The notes under the pieces are model-generated. The model saw only the letters and a program-made list of their open reading frames with translations. It ran no database searches and was not told the origin of the DNA. From Microcoleus sp. (GTDB lineage: Bacteria > Cyanobacteriota > Cyanobacteriia > Cyanobacteriales > Microcoleaceae): a stretch of DNA of 64,000 nt. Position numbers and translations under genes: made by a program. Shown piece after piece: positions 10,366 through 20,141 of the stretch; position 1 is the first letter of the stretch, and each line of letters starts with the position of its first letter. The stretch covers positions 2,016,001 to 2,080,000 of the forward strand of contig CP181291.1 in NCBI GenBank assembly GCA_052279835.1, in the 5' to 3' direction.

Positions 10366-10508
10366 CAGAAGAGTTGGTGATTTCTTGATTAATTAAATTT
10401 TTTATTGTATGGACGATCGCGGTCGGAGAGAAAACGCGGTTGCCCTTTTTCGGCACACTATATGTAGTGTGCCTGCGTAAGTCCTGTCAGTTAACTCTTG
10501 TAAATATT

Positions 10509-10663
10509 AGACCTATTGCAAAAAAAATCTATGTTACAATTAAAGGCTTTGAGTTTTAGACCTGAGAGCTAACTCATAATTGTAAAGTGCTGATATAACC
10601 TGCAATCTGCTCCACTTAAGCCAAACCTTTCATTGTAGCATAAAATTATTTTGCAAGAGGTCT
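10509..10663. mobile_element. 155-bp MITE, copy 2 (direct orientation to copy 1)
   Basis: Near-identical to 8655-8809; ATT flanks. Confidence 0.85.
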
Positions 10664-10758
10664 ATTTTTTCAATGCTATCAGGTGCGTCGCTGTGAGATT
10701 GTCGATATTGAGTTAGAAATTTTCTGTGGCGACGCACCCTACGACTAATGACTAATGA

Positions 10759-11604
10759 CTAATGAGCCCGTTTTTGGTCGCCCCGGCCGCGCAAATACTC
10801 CGCTGCAAAAGCCAATCCTCCCGAACCTACCATTAACAGTACGCTGAGAGCATTAATATCAGGTTTTACCCCAGTCCGAATCCGGCTAAAAATTTCCATT
10901 GGCAAAGTTGTAGTGCCACTACCTGCGGTAAAACTCGCAATCAAGAAATCATCCATACTGAGAACAAAAGACAGCAGACAACCCGAAATAATGCCTGGTA
11001 ATAATTGAGGCAACAAAACTTTAACAAAAGCCTCAACTGGTGTCGCTCCCAAATCCAAGGCAGCTTCTTCTAAAGAGGGGTTTAGGTCGGCTAATCTAGT
11101 AGAAACAGCTAGGGCAATATAAGCTAAACAAAAGACTATGTGAGCAGCTACAATTGTCCACAAACTCAGAGGAATAGCCAGGGCTGCTAAAAATACTAGA
11201 GTCGCCACCGCACTGGCAATATCGGGAATAATAATCGGCAAGTAGGCAACTCCTTGATATAAATTCTTGCCTGGAAAGCGGTAGCGGGACAAACCCACTG
11301 CCATCAATGTACCGAGTACAGCGGAGATGGCAACTGCACAGATAGCTACGGTTAAACTATTTCTTAGGGCAATTAAAATGCGGCTATCGCTAAATAATTT
11401 CACGTACCAATCGAGGGTAAATCCTTCCCAGCCGGCGCTAAAGCGTGATTTATTAAAGCTGTAAAATGTCAGTACCAAGATGGGTAGGTACATATAAAAA
11501 AACATCAAAATGGCAAAGACAACCTGCCAAGAAACCTTGAATTTAGGCTTTAAGTACATATCGGCTTGTATTTCCTCCTGTGGATTTTCGATAGTATTTT
11601 CCAT
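10759..11604 (-). CDS. potC: Spermidine/putrescine ABC transporter permease PotC
   Basis: YLPILVL..YSFN, GFTLDWY, EAA loop LEEAALDLGA, SMDDF; operon context. Confidence 0.9.
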   Translation of the reverse strand: MENTIENPQEEIQADMYLKPKFKVSWQVVFAILMFFYMYLPILVLTFYSFNKSRFSAGWEGFTLDWYVKLFSDSRILIALRNSLTVAICAVAISAVLGTLMAVGLSRYRFPGKNLYQGVAYLPIIIPDIASAVATLVFLAALAIPLSLWTIVAAHIVFCLAYIALAVSTRLADLNPSLEEAALDLGATPVEAFVKVLLPQLLPGIISGCLLSFVLSMDDFLIASFTAGSGTTTLPMEIFSRIRTGVKPDINALSVLLMVGSGGLAFAAEYLRGRGDQKRAH

Positions 11605-11641
11605 GTCTCGGTAATGGGTAATTGGTAATCGGTTGTTGTTA

Positions 11642-11750
11642 CTTGTTATTTGTTATTTGTTATTTGTTATTTGTTATTTGTTATTTGTTAGGAGCTACCA
11701 ATACCCAGTAACCAATAACTAATGACTAATGACTAATAACTACTGACTAA
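11642..11750. repeat. STRR heptamer tracts (TTATTTG)n and (ACTAATG)n
   Basis: Direct inspection; similar tracts at ~14010-14190, 16138-16165, 20068-20140 and 55600-55625. Confidence 0.85.
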
Positions 11751-11758
11751 TGACTTCT

Positions 11759-12670
11759 TTAGATTGCATTGCGATCGCCATATTTTAGCAAAAGTGCAAT
11801 TCCAATACTCACTGCAAAAATTAATACCATACTCAGAGCCGATCCCAGCCCCCAATTTTGAGTTGCTCCCAAAAATTGATTGTAAATTAAACGAGCGGCT
11901 GTCATGCTGGAAGCGCCACCCAGCAACTCTGGATCGACAAAATCGCCCAAACAACTAATAAATACTAGCAAAGAACCGGCGGCAATTCCCGGCATAGTTT
12001 GGGGTACTGTTACTTGCCAAAAAGTTTCTACTGGATTTGCACCCAAATCCTGAGAGGCTTCTAGCAATCTGCGGTCTAATTTTTCCAACGAGGCGTAGAG
12101 AATTGTTACAATGTAAGGCAAATAGCTGTAAGCCATGCCAATTAAAACTGCTGAACTTTGATTGAGCAATTCCACTGGGGGAATACCCACAAGTGCCAAC
12201 AGCGAGTTGAGAACTCCTGTAGGCCGCAGAATTGTAATCCACGCATAGGATCGTAACAAGGAAGAAGTCCAGAGTGGCAAAACAAAGCCCAACAGAGTTA
12301 AATTCCGCCACTTTTTGGAGACATTGAGGGCGATCCAGTAAGCTACAGGGAATCCGAGTAGTAAACAGAGTATGGTAGTCCCGGTGGCAAAAAAGACCGA
12401 TCGACCAATTACCTGCAAATTCAGAGGCTCAAACACTCGCAGATAATTGGCAATTCCCGAAGGATTCACCAAGTCTCCCGGCTTAATATTCGGCACCAAA
12501 CTCAGTTGGAAAATGACTATAGTTGGTATGACTAATAATAAAGCCAGCCATAAGCCAGAAGGGCCGAGTAATGCCAGTGGTCCTACCCAGGATGACCACC
12601 TGGAGATAGTTTCAGCCTTCGATGGAGCATGGGGAGGAATTGGAGGGGGAGCTTTGGTGGAAACAGCCAT
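11759..12670 (-). CDS. potB: Spermidine/putrescine ABC transporter permease PotB
   Basis: PLWTSSLLRSYAW, LLEASQDLGA; start at ATG 12670 (MAVSTK), since the upstream ORF extension crosses repeat DNA. Confidence 0.9.
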   Translation of the reverse strand: MAVSTKAPPPIPPHAPSKAETISRWSSWVGPLALLGPSGLWLALLLVIPTIVIFQLSLVPNIKPGDLVNPSGIANYLRVFEPLNLQVIGRSVFFATGTTILCLLLGFPVAYWIALNVSKKWRNLTLLGFVLPLWTSSLLRSYAWITILRPTGVLNSLLALVGIPPVELLNQSSAVLIGMAYSYLPYIVTILYASLEKLDRRLLEASQDLGANPVETFWQVTVPQTMPGIAAGSLLVFISCLGDFVDPELLGGASSMTAARLIYNQFLGATQNWGLGSALSMVLIFAVSIGIALLLKYGDRNAI

Positions 12671-12870
12671 AAATAATAATTTTGAGTTGGGATTTTTGAT
12701 TGCTGATTTTTGATTAGTAGGGGCGGGCGAATCCCGCTCAGCGCAGCCGTTAGGTAGTCGAAGGGTGCAAGGATTCACCAACCGTAATCGCCTAAAATCG
12801 ATCGTCTCCTCAAGCCACCCCAACCCCACGGTAAATTGAAATGTAGGTGAAATTTAGGGGAAAAATCAGA

Positions 12871-14001
12871 TTAACCACTGGTTAATTTAGTCCAGTAGCG
12901 ATCGTAGACGTCTATAAATTTTCCTACGGGAGCTACACCTTCGCAGTTTTTCAAAGTAGCCTCGGAAGGGAACAGAATTTGGTTGTCCCTAACTTCCGGT
13001 GTCAGCAAACTAAAAGCATCTTCCGAAGGAGTTGAGAAACTGAGCCTTTCTACTAAAGAAGCAGCGACATCTGCTTGCAGCATAAAGTTAATCCATTTAT
13101 AAGCTGCTTCGGGATTGGGAGCTCCTTTAGGTATTACTAAGGTGTCAGTCCACAGAGAAGAACCGCTTTTTGGCACAACATAGCGCAATTTATCGTTATC
13201 GGGAATTACTTCATTAGCATCAGAAGAATAGCACATAGCTACTTTTAAATCTCCTGTCAGCATTTGTGGACGCCATGCGTCTGTGGTAAAAGAGGCGATC
13301 GCGGGTTTTAATTCTACCAACTTCTCATAAGCTTTTTTGACTTCCTCTGGGTTAGTAGAATTGAGAGAAAAACCCTGCATTCGCAACGCAGCACCCATGA
13401 CTTCTCGAACATCATTGGCCAGAGTCATTCGCCTTGTCAACTCCTGTTTGTGTTTCCACAAATAGTCCCAATCTGTCGGAGCTTCTTTGAGTTGTTCGCT
13501 GTTGTAAATTAACCCTGTGGTTCCCCAACTCAAAGGTACGCTGTAGCGGTTTCCTGGGTCATATACAGGGTTTTGGAATTGTTTTTTGAGGCGATCGATC
13601 CCTCCCAAAATGGAGTGGTCTAATTGGCTCAACAGCCCCAGTTCCTTCATCTGAATCACCATGTAGTCAGAGGGGTAAATGATGCTGTAGGCGCGACCAC
13701 CACCGGCTTGAACTCTAGCCAGCATCGCCTCATTGGAGTCGAATACATCTGCAATCACGCGGATGCCTGTTTTTTCGGCAAAGCGATCGAGCAAAGCCTT
13801 ATCTGTATAGCCTGCCCAAGTATAGATGAAAAGTTGGTCAGCATTACCTTTGACTGGAGGGGCCGATTGTACGTCTGCAAGCCGCCAGCCACAACTCGAA
13901 AGGGCTAAGCCGGAGATTGTCGCCGCCGAATTTTTTAGGAACTGACGGCGTGTAGAAGTAGCCCTGGAAATCTTGGAAATTGGTAGATTAGTGGGAGGCA
14001 C
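12871..14001 (-). CDS. potD: Polyamine ABC transporter substrate-binding protein PotD/PotF with Tat-like lipoprotein signal
   Basis: TRRQFLK...LSSC signal; YTWAGY, FDSNEAM, PSDYMV, WGTTGL motifs. Confidence 0.88.
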   Translation of the reverse strand: MPPTNLPISKISRATSTRRQFLKNSAATISGLALSSCGWRLADVQSAPPVKGNADQLFIYTWAGYTDKALLDRFAEKTGIRVIADVFDSNEAMLARVQAGGGRAYSIIYPSDYMVIQMKELGLLSQLDHSILGGIDRLKKQFQNPVYDPGNRYSVPLSWGTTGLIYNSEQLKEAPTDWDYLWKHKQELTRRMTLANDVREVMGAALRMQGFSLNSTNPEEVKKAYEKLVELKPAIASFTTDAWRPQMLTGDLKVAMCYSSDANEVIPDNDKLRYVVPKSGSSLWTDTLVIPKGAPNPEAAYKWINFMLQADVAASLVERLSFSTPSEDAFSLLTPEVRDNQILFPSEATLKNCEGVAPVGKFIDVYDRYWTKLTSG

Positions 14002-14187
14002 AGATTCAAAGATTGGTTATTTGTTATTGGCGTCGCCCTGAGCGAAGTCGAAGGGTTATTTGTTATTGGTTGTTTGTTATTGGTTATTTGTGATTAGTTA
14101 CTTGTTGTTATGGGAACTAACAACTGACAACTAAAAACTCACAACTAAAAACTCACAACTAACAACTCACAACTGGCAACTGACTAA

Positions 14188-15318
14188 TTATTTCCTATCG
14201 CTTAAAGCGAGACAATCAGTAGTTCCCCAATAAGCGTAAATCGGCGTGTGCGGGTCTGGGAAAGAGCCACCGGTATTCGGTTGCCGCACCGTCATTTTAT
14301 CGCCTGTGGTCAACTCCACCACGTAATGAACGTGGGTTCCCATGTACATGATATTTTTGAGTCTGCCTTCAAAACAGTTGACAGAGACTTCCGGCTGGTA
14401 AAGATTCAAATATACTTTTTCGGGCCGGACACTGACTACTACAGAGTCGTCTGTTCCTCCACTCCACATATCGGATTGCTGGACGACTATTTTGAGTCCG
14501 GCCTCCGTGCGAACTGTGAGAGTCGATCGGTCGATCGACTCTACTTTACCAGCAAACAAATTGGTATCGCCAATAAAATCTGCCACAAAAGCCGTCTGCG
14601 GACACTCATAAATTTCTTCAGGAGATCCAATTTGCTCTATTCGGCCCTCATTCATCACTGCAATGCGGTCAGAAAGACTCATGGCTTCTTCTTGGTCGTG
14701 AGTCACCATCACAAAAGTCAGCCCCAATTCTTGATGCAAGTTGGAGAGTTCCAACTGCATCTGCTTCCGCAACTTCAAATCCAGAGCACCGAGGGGTTCA
14801 TCTAGCAGTAGTACCGCTGGTCGATTCACCAGAGCTCTGGCCAAAGCCACCCGCTGCTGCTGACCGCCGGACATTTGGCCGGGAAAGCGATTGGCGAAGG
14901 ATTCCATTTTCACCAATTGCAAAGCTTCCCGTACCCGTTCTTCAATTTCCACTTTCCCCAGTTTTTTAATCCGCAATCCAAAAGCGATGTTGTCCCAAAC
15001 ATTCATGTGACCAAACAAAGCATAGCTTTGAAACACAGTATTGACGGGACGGCGGTAGGCTGGAGTGTTGGTCATAGACTGACCACGAATCATCAATTCG
15101 CCCGCCGAGGGAGTCTCGAACCCAGCGATTAACCGCAGCGTGGTAGTCTTGCCGCAGCCACTGGGTCCGAGAATGCTAAAAAATTCTCCTTGATGGATTT
15201 CTAGGTCAACCCCGCGGACTGCGGTTTCGCCATTGAATACCTTAAAGACCTTGCGGAGTTCAACGTCAAGCGCTGTATCCGTTGCTGTAGTACCTTGGTT
15301 GAGTGCTGTCTGAAACAT
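14188..15318 (-). CDS. potA: Polyamine ABC transporter ATP-binding protein PotA
   Basis: GPSGCGKTT, MSGGQQQRVALARAL, LLLDEPLGALD, TOBE-like tail. Confidence 0.92.
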   Translation of the reverse strand: MFQTALNQGTTATDTALDVELRKVFKVFNGETAVRGVDLEIHQGEFFSILGPSGCGKTTTLRLIAGFETPSAGELMIRGQSMTNTPAYRRPVNTVFQSYALFGHMNVWDNIAFGLRIKKLGKVEIEERVREALQLVKMESFANRFPGQMSGGQQQRVALARALVNRPAVLLLDEPLGALDLKLRKQMQLELSNLHQELGLTFVMVTHDQEEAMSLSDRIAVMNEGRIEQIGSPEEIYECPQTAFVADFIGDTNLFAGKVESIDRSTLTVRTEAGLKIVVQQSDMWSGGTDDSVVVSVRPEKVYLNLYQPEVSVNCFEGRLKNIMYMGTHVHYVVELTTGDKMTVRQPNTGGSFPDPHTPIYAYWGTTDCLALSDRK

Positions 15319-15488
15319 ATTCGCCCGTTCCTGGGGGTAATGCACGCTATCTTAATACAGTTTAAACTTAAACTTTTTTGTATTTTAGGCGAGGAATGCT
15401 TGATTTACTCGCTTTTGCGATGTTAAAGGCTCAAAAGCAGTTTTTAGGTAAAAAAAACCGATTTCTGCGTCTAGGACTATAAGTAGTC

Positions 15489-16136
15489 TTATTTAGGTTC
15501 GGCCTCTTTGTTGTCTGGACTCGGACTTACGGTAGGTTTTGGTTGTTTGTCTGTTTTTGGTTCTGGTGTTTTTTTCCATTCTGACAAAGGTCGCATAGTG
15601 GCATTTTTAAAGTCGAAAGGTACCAGAATTACGGGCAAATTCTGAGATGGCGATTCGGTCGGGTTGGCTTGAGCATATAAGAAGCGGCCGCTAAAGTCTG
15701 TTTTTCCTAAAACTAGGCGGTGAGTTTCCTGGTTATCTAGTTTTACTGTGACTGTAGCTTGGGGTTTATCGAGACCGAATTCTGGCAGTTGAGCGGGGGT
15801 GATACTAATTGTACGATCGCTCTTTCCTGTCCCCAACCTGTCTAACAAAAAATCTACTGATGCCTGATTGGCGTGTGCTTGCATCGGCACTTTCATTTCC
15901 CAACTTGACTTACCTCCTTTTACTGCATAAACGCGCTGGAATGTCAATATATTTTCGGCGGTTTTTATTGTAAAGAATTGTATGCGATCGGACTTAAAAG
16001 CAAAAATTCTCTGTTTTTCATCCTTAGCAGCCTCTTGCTTGGGAGCTACTTGTATCTCGAACAACAAAACCAAGCCTGTTAAGCTCAGTGCGACCGCTAT
16101 CAATACTAATGTATTCTTCTGCAATTTCATAGTCAC
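15489..16136 (-). CDS. DUF4340-like membrane-anchored protein of Gld-type ABC operon
   Basis: N-terminal TM helix, FGLDKPQ...LVLGK motif, position downstream of the GldG-like gene. Confidence 0.7.
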   Translation of the reverse strand: MTMKLQKNTLVLIAVALSLTGLVLLFEIQVAPKQEAAKDEKQRIFAFKSDRIQFFTIKTAENILTFQRVYAVKGGKSSWEMKVPMQAHANQASVDFLLDRLGTGKSDRTISITPAQLPEFGLDKPQATVTVKLDNQETHRLVLGKTDFSGRFLYAQANPTESPSQNLPVILVPFDFKNATMRPLSEWKKTPEPKTDKQPKPTVSPSPDNKEAEPK

Positions 16137-16207
16137 TGGGAATTGGGAATTGGGAATTGGGAATTTTGGGGGCTGTTAGTAGTAACAACTGACAACAGTC
16201 AACTGAT

Positions 16208-18214
16208 TTATCTTCTCTTCCACCAAATAGCGGTCCCAATTCCCAGTCCGAGTAAAGGCCAAATTAGCCAAGCTAAAACCAGAAGACCTATTTGGATGAC
16301 AGTCATGTTGATACGACGGTTAGTAGCTTTTTTGGGACTAATAGAAAAGCTTTGCTGGTCTGGTTTACTCAACCAACTGACAGAGTTAAGAAACACGTCG
16401 CTATTTAGTTGTTGGTCAAACCAGCCATTGGTCACAAATTGAGATGTGCCAATTACTACCATGCGCGAGGTTTTTCTGGGGGTTGAAGGCGCAGAAGGAG
16501 TTGGATTGGGACTGGGAGATGCTGTGGGAGATGCTGTGGGAGATGCTGTGGGAGATGCTGTGGGAGATGCTGTGGGAGATGCTGTGGGAGATGCTGTGGG
16601 TGTGGGCGAAGTTGGTGGTATTACAGGAGGTGTAGCTTCTTGGGAGACAATCACCGAATAGCTAATAGGGGAAGCAGTCGGGGATGTGGTTGGGGATGGG
16701 GATGGGGATGTGGTTGGGGATGGGGATGTGGTGGGTGATGGTGATGTGGTTGGGGATGGGGATGTGGTGGGTGATGGGGATGTGGTTGGGGATGTGGTTG
16801 GGGATGGAGATGTGGTGGGTGATGTGGTTGGGGATGGGGATGTGGTTGGGGATGGTGATGTGGTTGGGGATGGTGATGTGGTTGGGGATGGGGATGGGGA
16901 TGGGGATGTGGTTGGGGTTGGGGATGGGGATGGAGTTGTAGCAGTTTCCGATCGCACTAAAGCTACACCTAATAATAGCGGGCCTTGTCGATCGGTCTTG
17001 GGATCGAATTCCAATTTCCGGGTTGTCAAATCACTTTCGGCCCAACTTTCCTGACTTGTCCAAATCAGCGGTTTTTCCTCGATTCCTTCTACGGCTTGGA
17101 CTTCCAAAGGACGGGCAAAAGGATAAAATGAAATACCAGTGGCGAAACTTTGAGTAATGGGATGTTGGCCGTAACGTCGGACTGTAGGAACCGTGGGCCC
17201 CAGGCCGAATCTTTGGCCTGTCCCGGAAGCATCGATAGCCAAACGACTGTCTAATTTTACGCCCCATTCTTGCAGAAATTTGTCCAATCCGGTATTAATT
17301 GCCGGGTCTACCATTAAAAATAAACTGCCACCGCGATCGAGATAAGCTTTAAGTGCTTTAATTTCTGTATCTGAAAATGGTTTATCTGGACCTGCAACTA
17401 CTAAAGCATCTGCATCTTCTGGTATTTGTTTGCTTTCTGCCAAGTTTAGCGTTTTGGTGTTATAGTATTTGTCTTTCAGGGATTTTTCAGCTTGCTGAAT
17501 TCCACCTTGACCTTCTTTTGGCTGGCGTTCTCCTTTACCTTGTAAAAAGTAAACTGTAGGAATGCGAGTGCTGAGTATTTCTTCTAAGCCATTGGTAAGT
17601 TTGATTTCAGAAAGTCCTTGATTTGGGTCACTACCAAAAGTAGTACCACCTTTTTGCAACAACTGTTTTCTGTCCCCTGATTGCAGGTAAACTTCTCCGA
17701 TGGTAGAAATGTTAAATTCCCTAGCTTTTCCCGGTTGGGCGAGGGGGTCAACAAACTCGTATTCAAAATTTTTGCCTCCCTGACGTTTATAGGTTTGCAG
17801 CAATTCTTTGGTTTGGGGGTTTTGGGTTGGGTCAAATACCCAAACTTTGACTGTTTTTTGCAGGTTTTGCAATATTTGTTGAGTCTGGGGCGCGAGGGTA
17901 AATTGTTTGCTTTCGGTTAAGTCGATGCGGGTGGGATAGCGAAAGGCTATGAAGTTAATTACTCCGAGAATGACGAAGACAGCTAAGGTGGAAATCAGGG
18001 CGTTGGTGCTGGCTTGAGTAGAACGCCGTCCCCAAAAGCCTTGTTCGTAAGTTAAATATAGCAGCCATAGTGCGATCGTCACTGTTCCGCTAATCACCAG
18101 ACCAACTGTCATGGGTTCCCAGGCTGCGGAGACAAAGGCTGCTGTTAATCCCGCTGCTATCAGGAGAGGACCAAGCCAAAAAATGTATTTGAAATTGTTT
18201 TTTCTGGTTCTCAT
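16208..18214 (-). CDS. GldG-family ABC transporter auxiliary component with long Pro/Ser/Thr insert
   Basis: [47 protein letters not shown]-terminal TM + WWKRR. Confidence 0.82.
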   Translation of the reverse strand: MRTRKNNFKYIFWLGPLLIAAGLTAAFVSAAWEPMTVGLVISGTVTIALWLLYLTYEQGFWGRRSTQASTNALISTLAVFVILGVINFIAFRYPTRIDLTESKQFTLAPQTQQILQNLQKTVKVWVFDPTQNPQTKELLQTYKRQGGKNFEYEFVDPLAQPGKAREFNISTIGEVYLQSGDRKQLLQKGGTTFGSDPNQGLSEIKLTNGLEEILSTRIPTVYFLQGKGERQPKEGQGGIQQAEKSLKDKYYNTKTLNLAESKQIPEDADALVVAGPDKPFSDTEIKALKAYLDRGGSLFLMVDPAINTGLDKFLQEWGVKLDSRLAIDASGTGQRFGLGPTVPTVRRYGQHPITQSFATGISFYPFARPLEVQAVEGIEEKPLIWTSQESWAESDLTTRKLEFDPKTDRQGPLLLGVALVRSETATTPSPSPTPTTSPSPSPSPTTSPSPTTSPSPTTSPSPTTSPTTSPSPTTSPTTSPSPTTSPSPTTSPSPTTSPSPTTSPSPSPTTSPTASPISYSVIVSQEATPPVIPPTSPTPTASPTASPTASPTASPTASPTASPTASPSPNPTPSAPSTPRKTSRMVVIGTSQFVTNGWFDQQLNSDVFLNSVSWLSKPDQQSFSISPKKATNRRINMTVIQIGLLVLAWLIWPLLGLGIGTAIWWKRR
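16505..16935 (-). repeat. Coding tandem repeats (12-bp SPTA and 12/18-bp SPTT(SP) units)
   Basis: (GGGAGATGCTGT)x7 and (GGGGATGGGGATGTGGTT)-like units on the + strand. Confidence 0.92.
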
Positions 18215-18239
18215 AAAATTGATATTGAAGAATGTTATT

Positions 18240-19142
18240 TTATCCTGAATACGTAGGCAACCAATCGGTTAAATCTGACATTTTTTTGAAGTCAAGCACA
18301 GCCTCTCCTAACTTTTCTAAGTCTTCTAGGGATAATTGACGAATCCGGTTTTCGGTTTCGGGTTCAATTGTTCCTAGACGCTTCACAATTTGACGCAAAA
18401 TTAACGAGATTTGAGCTGTTTTTGTCGCTTCTTCTCTTGCCACACTTATTGCGCCATTTAGGTTTTGAATCCACATTTCCTGTTTTTCTAATTCTTTTAA
18501 TTCTTGCCCGTCAAAATTGTCCTCTATGGCTAATTCAAAAGCTTTATAAATTTCGCTTTTTGTATTTATATCTTCTGGTAATCTGTCGAGGGTGCTGCTG
18601 TTTTTTATGAAGTATATCCATTGGTCTGCGGCTGTTTTTAATTCCAACCACTGTTTGTTGAATTTGGGCATTTCGACAAATACTAACTCTATTTCAGTAT
18701 CGGGATCGTCGGTTTTTTGTTCTTTCTGTTTGAAGACAAATCGTGAAATGACTTCTGTTTGATTGGCAAACATTTCAAAATCGGCAATTTTTAAAGAGAT
18801 TACTGTTTTTAGTCTTTCGTGGCGTTCTTCTCCTGTTAATTCCCGGCTGTAAGTTTTGCCACCATTGTACAAAAATCTGTTCCCGAAGGAGGATAAGTGG
18901 ATTAATTGAAGTTCGATGAGAGCGATTTTGTCGCCCTTAATTTTAGCTTTGATATCTAGGTAGGTGTCTTTGACTCCCAAGGTTTCGACTCCTTCCTGGG
19001 GGTGGATGATGTCTAAATCTTCGATGACTGGCTGTGCTTCATAGAGAATTGAGTTTAAAAAATTAATCAGAATGTCTTTGTTTTCGGTAGTCCCGAATAT
19101 TTTTTTGAAGGCCAAGTCTATTTTGGGATTGATGAATTTCAT
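18240..19142 (-). CDS. Rpn family PD-(D/E)XK nuclease/putative transposase with DUF4351-like C-terminus
   Basis: [32 protein letters not shown]; tail [22 protein letters not shown]. Confidence 0.85.
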   Translation of the reverse strand: MKFINPKIDLAFKKIFGTTENKDILINFLNSILYEAQPVIEDLDIIHPQEGVETLGVKDTYLDIKAKIKGDKIALIELQLIHLSSFGNRFLYNGGKTYSRELTGEERHERLKTVISLKIADFEMFANQTEVISRFVFKQKEQKTDDPDTEIELVFVEMPKFNKQWLELKTAADQWIYFIKNSSTLDRLPEDINTKSEIYKAFELAIEDNFDGQELKELEKQEMWIQNLNGAISVAREEATKTAQISLILRQIVKRLGTIEPETENRIRQLSLEDLEKLGEAVLDFKKMSDLTDWLPTYSG

Positions 19143-19266
19143 GGCGGGAGGTACTGGGTAGAATTATGTACGAAAAAAAATAAACTTCACCTAACTATAT
19201 TACTTTGGGAAATGGTATCGATTTTTAATTTTGGCAATCCTATGTTCGCTGGCATCTATGTTTTTT

Positions 19267-20067
19267 TTAAGAACGTTGATAGCGCAAGGCATCGATGGAT
19301 TGGGCGGTGAGAAATACTCCTAAAATAATGTATGTGGCAAACATGATTAAACTACTGGTATCGAAAACTCCCTTGACAAGATTGGTGTAATGTGTTAGGA
19401 GCGAAAGTTGTCCTAATGCTGCTCCGAAGGGCCCACCGATGCCGACTGCTGCTGCATCGATCACCCAGAGAAATAATACTAGAGCGAAGGTGAGAATGGC
19501 TGATAAAATTGTGCTGTCTGTGAGGGAGGAAATAAACATTCCTAGGGACAATACTCCGGCTGCTAGCAAGATTAAGCCGCCGTGTCCTAGGAGAAGAACG
19601 GCGGGGGGTACGGGAGGGGTTGAGGAACTGAGGGCGATCGCCTCGCAAAAGAGCAGGGGCAGCAACATGGTGGTATAAAATGTTAAAACTCCGAGGAGTT
19701 TGCCCGTAGCAACAGCCCAGTTGGTTAAGGGTGATGTGGCTAATAGTTCTAAGGTGCCTCGTTTGCGTTCTTCTGCGTAAAGTCCCATGGAGAGTGCGGG
19801 TAATACGAACAATGAAAGGGAACCCATGATTCGCAGAAATAGTTGCAGGAATTCGTAAGCGACATCGATGGGAGGTTCGGTAATTCCCATTTGATCTCGC
19901 TGGGTGACTTGGGGAATTAATCCGTCGGGGGCGAGGAGGATTGCTATTAAAAAATAGCCGGTGATTAACCAAAAGACGGCGGCGATGGCATAAGCTAATG
20001 GTGATGCAAAGTAGCTTTGTAGTTCCTTGCGGTAAATCGCGACAATATTACTAATCATTACTAACAT
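19267..20067 (-). CDS. ABC-2 type permease (GldF-like)
   Basis: RKELQSYFASPLAY, AEERKRGTLELLATSP, about six TM segments. Confidence 0.85.
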   Translation of the reverse strand: MLVMISNIVAIYRKELQSYFASPLAYAIAAVFWLITGYFLIAILLAPDGLIPQVTQRDQMGITEPPIDVAYEFLQLFLRIMGSLSLFVLPALSMGLYAEERKRGTLELLATSPLTNWAVATGKLLGVLTFYTTMLLPLLFCEAIALSSSTPPVPPAVLLLGHGGLILLAAGVLSLGMFISSLTDSTILSAILTFALVLFLWVIDAAAVGIGGPFGAALGQLSLLTHYTNLVKGVFDTSSLIMFATYIILGVFLTAQSIDALRYQRS

Positions 20068-20141
20068 TGGGAATGGGGAATGGGGAATGGGGAATGGGGA
20101 ATGGGGAATGGGGAATTGGGAATGGGGAATTGGGAATTGGT

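Larger units (their letters stand above)
9100..10486 (+). mobile_element. IS701-family insertion sequence (inactivated)
   Basis: ~34-bp terminal inverted repeats CAGGACTTACGCAG(A/G)CACACTATATGTAGTGTGC enclose the transposase gene. Confidence 0.85.

Noticed and set aside
16444..17054. Plus-strand ORFs with WEML/VGDGD repeats
   Set aside because: Antisense shadows of the Pro/Ser/Thr repeats in the GldG-like gene
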